Shown one piece after another: positions 59,501 through 64,000 of a stretch of 64,000 bases of DNA. Below the pieces are notes generated by a model. The model saw only the letters and a list, made by a program, of their open reading frames with translations. It did no database searches and was not told the origin of the DNA. The number at the start of each line of letters is the position of its first letter. The first letter of the stretch is position 1. This DNA is from an uncultured Actinomycetes bacterium (GTDB lineage: Bacteria > Actinomycetota > UBA4738 > HRBIN12): positions 35,112 to 99,111 of the forward strand of contig CAWGKU010000004.1 of the NCBI GenBank assembly GCA_963823255.1, in the 5' to 3' direction. The position numbers and the translations under genes are program-made.

Positions 59501-59768
59501 ATACGCACACCGCTTCGTCCCCACGTAGCTCGAGCAGCGTGCCCCCGCGCGCCTCGACCCCTTCGCGCGCGATGTCGGCGAACTTGGCCGCAAGCTTGGC
59601 CGCGGCCTCGTCGCCACGCTCTTGCGTGAACCGGGTCCACCCGCGCATGTCGGCGATGAGGAACGTCCGGATGTGGACGTCCTCGGTGCTTTCGGTTTGG
59701 CCTTGGAGCGGCCGATCCTCATGGACCACGGGTGAGTATGCGCTTACGTGATGATGGGTTGTAGCCAC
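56586..59768 (-). CDS. Class III adenylate/guanylate cyclase - TM - YVTN beta-propeller - family-5 solute-binding (SBP_bac_5) fusion; multiple apparent frameshifts
   Basis: N-terminal cyclase (VHIRTFLIADMRGWTRFT...GIGLDAGEAV). TM (WPVVVGIAVVLALVAIAIPLL). Propeller repeats (VWVTNAGDGTVRRINVGTNEV..., NTVMRLDPSSGDIQD). SBP5 (GGTLTV...LVPDLASTLPEISADGLTYRF...). The SBP5 C-terminus (...HPQWGILLSRLWVQ) is in a separate frame. Frame changes occur near 58400, 58085, 58010 and 56800-57000. Confidence 0.55.
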
Positions 59769-59896
59769 CCGCGATGGTGGGCTCTCAGAGAGCCAGCGGG
59801 CCGCTGCCGTTACGCTGGTCTGCCTGTACCACTTTCGACCCCCGGCCCTTCCTATCCTTCATGTGCGGGGCCACTCAAACAGAGGGTGCCGCAGGC

Positions 59897-59988
59897 TCCG
59901 ATCCATCGATCCGTGCGCCAACTGACGCGACACACGGTCTCGTGCCTGGGTTGTTGTTTCGATTCACGACACACGGTTCGCTGCCTCG
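59897..59988. repeat. MIRU-like interspersed repeat, long-form copy 2
   Basis: ~88% identical to 4652..4740 (GATCCATCGAT...CGCCAACTGACGCGACACACGGTCTCGTGCCTG...GACACACGGTTCGCTGCCTCG). Confidence 0.75.
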
Positions 59989-60006
59989 AATATCTTGTTG
60001 GTAGCG

Positions 60007-60450
60007 TCAGCCCGCGATCGGGAACGGCCCATGCGGCACGAACGCTGGCGAGATTCGCCTGCCGTCCTCCGTGGAGAGGTCGGACACGGGGAACGCCTCG
60101 TCATCGGCGAGCCGGCGGAGGTCGGTCACCTCCGAGTAGATCGCCCACTTCTCCTCGCCCTGGGTCGATTTCGGCCGATGCCGCTCGGATCTGACCGAGT
60201 TCAATCGGACCCTCCGGCGGCTCATGCCCCGTCTCCTCCTCGAACTCGCGCCGGGCGACGACCGCAGGTCCTCGCCTGCGTCCACCTCGCACTTGAGCAC
60301 GGTCCAGCGATCTGCCTCCTTCCCGGCGAAGTACGGACCCCCTGGGTGACCGAGCAGCACCGCCAGGCGACCCTCCCTCGTGCGCCACAACAGGATGCCG
60401 GCGCTGGTGCGGCCCTGCTTGTCGACCTTCGGCTTTCGGACGCGCGCCAC
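60007..60450 (-). CDS. NUDIX hydrolase, apparent frameshift(s)
   Basis: SAGILLWRTREGRLAVLLGHPGGPYFAGKEADRWTVLKCEVDAGEDL in one frame. The Nudix box (RREFEEETGHEPPEGPIELGQIR) is in another frame (ORF 60101..60388). GTG start at 60450. Confidence 0.55.
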   Translation of the reverse strand: MARVRKPKVDKQGRTSAGILLWRTREGRLAVLLGHPGGPYFAGKEADRWTVLKCEVDAGEDLRSSPGASSRRRRGMSRRRVRLNSVRSERHRPKSTQGEEKWAIYSEVTDLRRLADDEAFPVSDLSTEDGRRISPAFVPHGPFPIAG

Positions 60451-60479
60451 CGGTGTTCGCCGGAACCGAGAACGCGCGC

Positions 60480-60857
60480 TCAGGCCCTGGACGTGACGCG
60501 AGCCTTGACGATCGCCCGGATCGTGAGCAGCGCGACGACGGCGACGAACTGGGCTCCCAGGATGACCTTGTTGAGATCGACGGCGGGCCGCCACGTCACC
60601 TCGTCGCCCTTGATGAGGAACGCCCCGACCGGCCGGGCGTTGAGGCCGAAACCGCTGCCCGAGCCCTTGCCCTGACCCTCGGGACCCTCGCCGCCTCCCC
60701 CACCTGCGCCGCCCTGGACCCTGGCGGCCGGGATCACCGTCACCCCGTTCTTCTCGTACGGGTCGCCGAACACACGCTTCACGGAGAGCGTGTCACGGGC
60801 CTGCGTGATGACGTCGTTGACCTCCATCACGGCCTCCTTCCCATGTCCTCTTTTCAT
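60480..60857 (-). CDS. GerW/YtfJ-family sporulation-associated protein
   Basis: FGDPYEKNGVTVIPAARVQGGAGGGGGEG...GFGLNARPVGAFLIKGDEVTWRPAVD matches the GerW family pattern. Confidence 0.75.
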   Translation of the reverse strand: MKRGHGKEAVMEVNDVITQARDTLSVKRVFGDPYEKNGVTVIPAARVQGGAGGGGGEGPEGQGKGSGSGFGLNARPVGAFLIKGDEVTWRPAVDLNKVILGAQFVAVVALLTIRAIVKARVTSRA

Positions 60858-61075
60858 CCATCTTGCTCCTTCGACGACGAATTGGCTTGCCCGGCCGCCT
60901 CGGCCCGTTGCCGGTGCTCGAGTCAGCTCGATGATGATGCCGAGCTCGAAGACCTGGTGCGCGCATCAAACCTCAAGCGTCAGACGCAAGCGGGACCTTG
61001 TCCTGCGTCTCCTCGAACAAGCGATCTTTGGCCCCGAGCACGACGGGGCGGACCTGTAGGCCGGGCTGTCCGCGA

Positions 61076-61555
61076 TTACGTGCGATCCGGTCCTCGACGG
61101 AAGACGCTGATGACGACCCCGGCCAGCCCGGTAAGCACGGTCGCGGCAGTCGGGGCGAAGAACGCCGCCATCGGCAGCTCGGTCGGGTCGCTGCCAGTCT
61201 CGACAACGGGCAGGGTGATGCTGAGGACTGTCGCCAAGCCCCACAGAACCAGCGTGACGACGGAGAGCCCGATCCAGGTGGATCGCCAGGTGGCGTCGCC
61301 GCGGAGCTTGCCCATCGCCCACAAGAAGATCGCGGTCCCGATCCCGCTCCAGAACCAGGTGCCGAACGCGGCGACGGGGAGGTGCTCATGCTCAGAGCCC
61401 GACACGAGATCGGGAGCGAACACGCTGATCAACACGACGGCGACCCAGATCCCGCTGATCCCGAGGGAGGTCCACAGCATCCAGAAGCCGTCGGCCGTCT
61501 CGGCCCGCCGCTGCTCCGACGACACCCCGTTTCCGGTCACCGTCATCGCTGACAC
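61076..61555 (-). CDS. Hypothetical membrane protein (4 TM)
   Basis: 159 aa. Trp-rich TM helices. Confidence 0.55.
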   Translation of the reverse strand: MSAMTVTGNGVSSEQRRAETADGFWMLWTSLGISGIWVAVVLISVFAPDLVSGSEHEHLPVAAFGTWFWSGIGTAIFLWAMGKLRGDATWRSTWIGLSVVTLVLWGLATVLSITLPVVETGSDPTELPMAAFFAPTAATVLTGLAGVVISVFRRGPDRT

Positions 61556-61641
61556 AGCCTAGTCGACGAGCACCGGAGCCTCCCACCGGCCCCGGCAACC
61601 GACACTCGGCCCGGCCGAGACGGGACTGTCGACCCCCCTCG

Positions 61642-62190
61642 TTGGCCGCTCACGCGGCGACGATGGGTGCCATGAACTCGCGACCGCTCTTCGTCGCAGA
61701 GCGGCTCGCCGTCCGCGCCGTCCCCGCCGGGCTGTTCCTGTGGGCTGGCCTCGGCAAGGTGTTCGACCGGCAGGAGTCGATCCTCGCGGTTGACGCGTAC
61801 CAGGTCCTGCCCGACGCCATGGTCCGCATCGTGGCGTCGCTCCTCCCGTGGATCGAGATCGGCGTCGGGGTCCTCCTCCTCTTGGGCCTGTTCGTCCGGT
61901 TCGCGGGCATCGCCACGGCCGTACTCGCATCCGTATTTATCGTCGCACTCGTGCAAGCGAAAGCGCGCGGTCTGGCGATCGACTGCGGGTGCTTCGGAGG
62001 CGGCGGCGCGGGAGACGGCGTGACCTGGTGGGACGTCGCCCGGGACATCCCAATCGTCATCGCTGGGATCTACCTGGCCCGACGACCGGTGGGGCCGCTG
62101 CAGCTCGACAACCTTCTCGGAGTGATGGAGGACCATGATGGTGAAGACCGCGGATCGAACCAAACGCGAACGTCGGCTCGAGCGGGCTGA
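61642..62190 (+). CDS. MauE/DoxX-family redox-associated membrane protein
   Basis: AIDCGCFGGGG motif typical of MauE. 4 TM. Confidence 0.7.
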   Translation: MAAHAATMGAMNSRPLFVAERLAVRAVPAGLFLWAGLGKVFDRQESILAVDAYQVLPDAMVRIVASLLPWIEIGVGVLLLLGLFVRFAGIATAVLASVFIVALVQAKARGLAIDCGCFGGGGAGDGVTWWDVARDIPIVIAGIYLARRPVGPLQLDNLLGVMEDHDGEDRGSNQTRTSARAG

Positions 62191-62800
62191 GGCGAAGGCC
62201 GCGGCCAGACGGCGTCTCGAACGCCGGAAGCAGCTCGGGTGGATGCTCGGAGTGGTCGCCGTCGCGGGCGCGATCGCGATCGGCGTCGTCGCCTTCCTCG
62301 GTGGGAGTGGCAACCCGGGGGCGGGTCCGTCCGATCGAGCGGCGGTCGTGGCCGCGGGTCCGGCACGTTCGGAACCGCTCGCCCGTGGGGACACTGTCCC
62401 GAACTTCTCGGCACCGGGTCTACACGGGGGAACGGTCTCGTGGGAAGCCTTCTCGAACCAACCGACGGTGCTCGCCGTTTGGGCGCCCTGGTGCCCACAC
62501 TGCCAGGTGGAGCTTCCGATCCTGGATAGGGTCATGCGTGATCACCCGGGGGTCGGATTCGTCACGCTCGTGACGGCGGTGGGAGATCGTCCCGGCCCGA
62601 CGCCGGAGGCGTACATGGCCGACCACGGCCTCTCGTTCCCCGTCGCCGTGGACGACGACCAGGGAACCATCGCCAGCGCGCTCGGGGTACCGGGGTTCCC
62701 GTTGCTCTACTTCGTCGACTCCGATGGCACGGTCAGGTTCGCAGCCTCGGGCGAGGTCGACGAGGCCACACTGATCGATGCGATCTCGAGCCTCTCCTGA
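62135..62800 (+). CDS. TlpA-like membrane-anchored thioredoxin (thiol:disulfide oxidoreductase)
   Basis: N-terminal TM. WAPWCPHC redox motif. Overlaps the MauE 3' end by ~56 nt. Confidence 0.8.
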   Translation: MMVKTADRTKRERRLERAEAKAAARRRLERRKQLGWMLGVVAVAGAIAIGVVAFLGGSGNPGAGPSDRAAVVAAGPARSEPLARGDTVPNFSAPGLHGGTVSWEAFSNQPTVLAVWAPWCPHCQVELPILDRVMRDHPGVGFVTLVTAVGDRPGPTPEAYMADHGLSFPVAVDDDQGTIASALGVPGFPLLYFVDSDGTVRFAASGEVDEATLIDAISSLS

Positions 62801-62880
62801 GTTGGAGAATCTCGAATGGCGCTGCGAGTCATGGTCGAGGAGGATCGGCTGGCGCTGAACGACGGGAGACTCGCTTAGCG

Positions 62881-62910
62881 CCTCGACTCATGACACACGG
62901 TTCGCTGCAC
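62881..62910. repeat. Interspersed repeat, short form (CCTCGACTCATGACACACGGTTCGCTGCAC)
   Basis: Matches 19271..19300 and the 3' module of the long-form copies. Confidence 0.6.
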
Positions 62911-63072
62911 TCAGAGTCTCCCTCATCGACGAAGGCAGACAAGTCGAGACCGCCCTCCTGAGCACGTATGTGAACCATGTCCGACCGTTGATCGCTACGG
63001 ACACCTTCGTCATCGATCTCCTCTCGGTCGACGTTCGCTACCCTCGCGCGATCGACATGACAACGGATGGTG

Positions 63073-64000
63073 TCAGCGTGTTACACGGAAGAGAGCGACG
63101 GGCTCTGGTATGCCCTCGAAGTACGCATCCTCGATCCGCTCGAGCGCGAACGGCGCGACCTCGGAGGAGACGGCGTCGGCGACCGCCTCGCTCGTCAGAA
63201 CGTCTCCGGCTTCGGCAACGTCCGCGATCCGCGACGCCAGATTCACCGTCTGCCCGAAGACGTCAAGGTCGCGTTCGATGACGGGTCCGGCGTGGACGCC
63301 GGCGTGCGACGAGAGCGCACCCTCGCGGCTCATCGCCTCCACGAGTTCGACGGCGGCGGACACGCCTGCGGCGGGATCCGATAAGCGGAGCATCGCGCCG
63401 TCCCCGAGAAGCTTGATCAAGCGGCCTCCGTGCCTGCTGGCCGCCTCGTCGGCGCGGCGCTGGAGCGAGGTGGCGGCGCGGACGGCGGTTTCGTCGCCAC
63501 GCTCTCGAGTGAGACGGGTGAAACCGGACAGATCGACGAAGACGATCGCCGGCGGGCCAAGCGGGGCGGGGAGTCGCGCCAGCCCACGGGAGGCTAGGAA
63601 GCGCTCGAACCCTTCGACGATCCCGTCGACACTGCGGTGTTCGAGGTATCTCGCCGCAAGCCACGTGAACATCTCGGGCGCCAGGCTGATCGCATGTGTG
63701 AACGTGACGCGGACATCGTCAGGGAACCGCTCGAGCTCCCCGCGCAGCAATCGCTCCCTGGCGGGCCGCGCAAGCTGCTCGTCGAGAAGCTCCATCCATC
63801 CCAGCAGCGCCATCCGCGTCCCCTGCGCCATCAGTCGGGCGGCGCGAAGCAGCGAGTCTTCGTCCGGCGCTTGACGCCATGCGTCGAGGTAGCGTTCGAA
63901 CATCGTCTCCTCGTCGACGTGGATGGTGGTCGATGGATCCGGCGTGGGTAGACCCAGCACCTCGTAAACGGCGGGGAGGAGTTCGGCCCTCGGTCCGGCG
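63073..64000 (-). CDS. Class III adenylate/guanylate cyclase domain protein (5' end probably beyond window)
   Basis: C-terminal cyclase domain (IVFVDLSGFTRLTRERGDETAV...LLGDGAMLRLSDP...GVHAGPVIERDLDVFGQTVNLASRIA). The frame stays open upstream of the GTG at 63960 to the window end. Confidence 0.7.
   Translation of the reverse strand, partial: AGPRAELLPAVYEVLGLPTPDPSTTIHVDEETMFERYLDAWRQAPDEDSLLRAARLMAQGTRMALLGWMELLDEQLARPARERLLRGELERFPDDVRVTFTHAISLAPEMFTWLAARYLEHRSVDGIVEGFERFLASRGLARLPAPLGPPAIVFVDLSGFTRLTRERGDETAVRAATSLQRRADEAASRHGGRLIKLLGDGAMLRLSDPAAGVSAAVELVEAMSREGALSSHAGVHAGPVIERDLDVFGQTVNLASRIADVAEAGDVLTSEAVADAVSSEVAPFALERIEDAYFEGIPEPVALFRVTR

Overview
This is a 64 kb high-GC (~70%) chromosomal segment that reads like Actinomycetota. 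Supporting gene families include a mycothiol-dependent maleylpyruvate-isomerase-family enzyme, an F420/deazaflavin-dependent nitroreductase-family protein, GerW, DUF2550, DUF7144, DUF4097-DrrAB and MauE/TlpA. I call about 65 protein genes and no rRNA, tRNA or CRISPR.

The most unusual region is a three-gene minus-strand operon (42812..48609): a Rad50/SbcC-like zinc-hook ABC ATPase, a 124-aa HEPN-like protein, and a class-III cyclase fused to an NB-ARC-type NTPase and TPR repeats. I propose it as a candidate split RloC-like defence or abortive-infection module; this is an inference from domain composition and translational coupling, not a database match.

The rest is a mix of housekeeping and accessory genes:
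- Transport: a PiT phosphate transporter with a DUF47 partner, two fused ABC exporters, and a DrrAB-type ABC-2 transporter next to DUF4097 and HicB-like genes.
- Regulation and signalling: a large LuxR-AAA regulator, an ECF sigma factor, ANTAR and STAS regulators, three class-III nucleotidyl cyclases, and a PAP2-kinase fusion.
- Metabolism and lineage markers: alanine-type aminotransferase, a sulfide:quinone-oxidoreductase-like flavoprotein, MauE/TlpA, GerW.
- An M20 peptidase / ATP-grasp (PGM1-like) / C45 amidohydrolase cluster.

Four further observations:
- At least 11 copies or partial copies of a MIRU-like interspersed repeat family with core ...CCCTCTCGATCC... / ...GACACACGGTTCGCT.... Four copies punctuate a same-strand array of small accessory ORFs at 52.1-55.8 kb.
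- Perfect coding tandem repeats: a (TAKKA)13-14-DUF1918 protein and a receiver-domain protein with an acidic D/E/N/G repeat tail.
- Small gene remnants: an acyl-CoA dehydrogenase C-terminal stub and a serine-recombinase-like fragment in a low-GC patch.
- Frequent apparent frameshifts in otherwise well-conserved genes (C45 peptidase, DUF4097, family-3 SBP, Rad50-like ATPase, cyclase-propeller-SBP5, NUDIX), often at G/C homopolymers. This looks more like sequencing or assembly indels than mass pseudogenisation, but I cannot distinguish the two from sequence alone.

Many long Arg/Pro/Gly-rich ORFs in the six-frame track are GC-driven shadow ORFs and were rejected.
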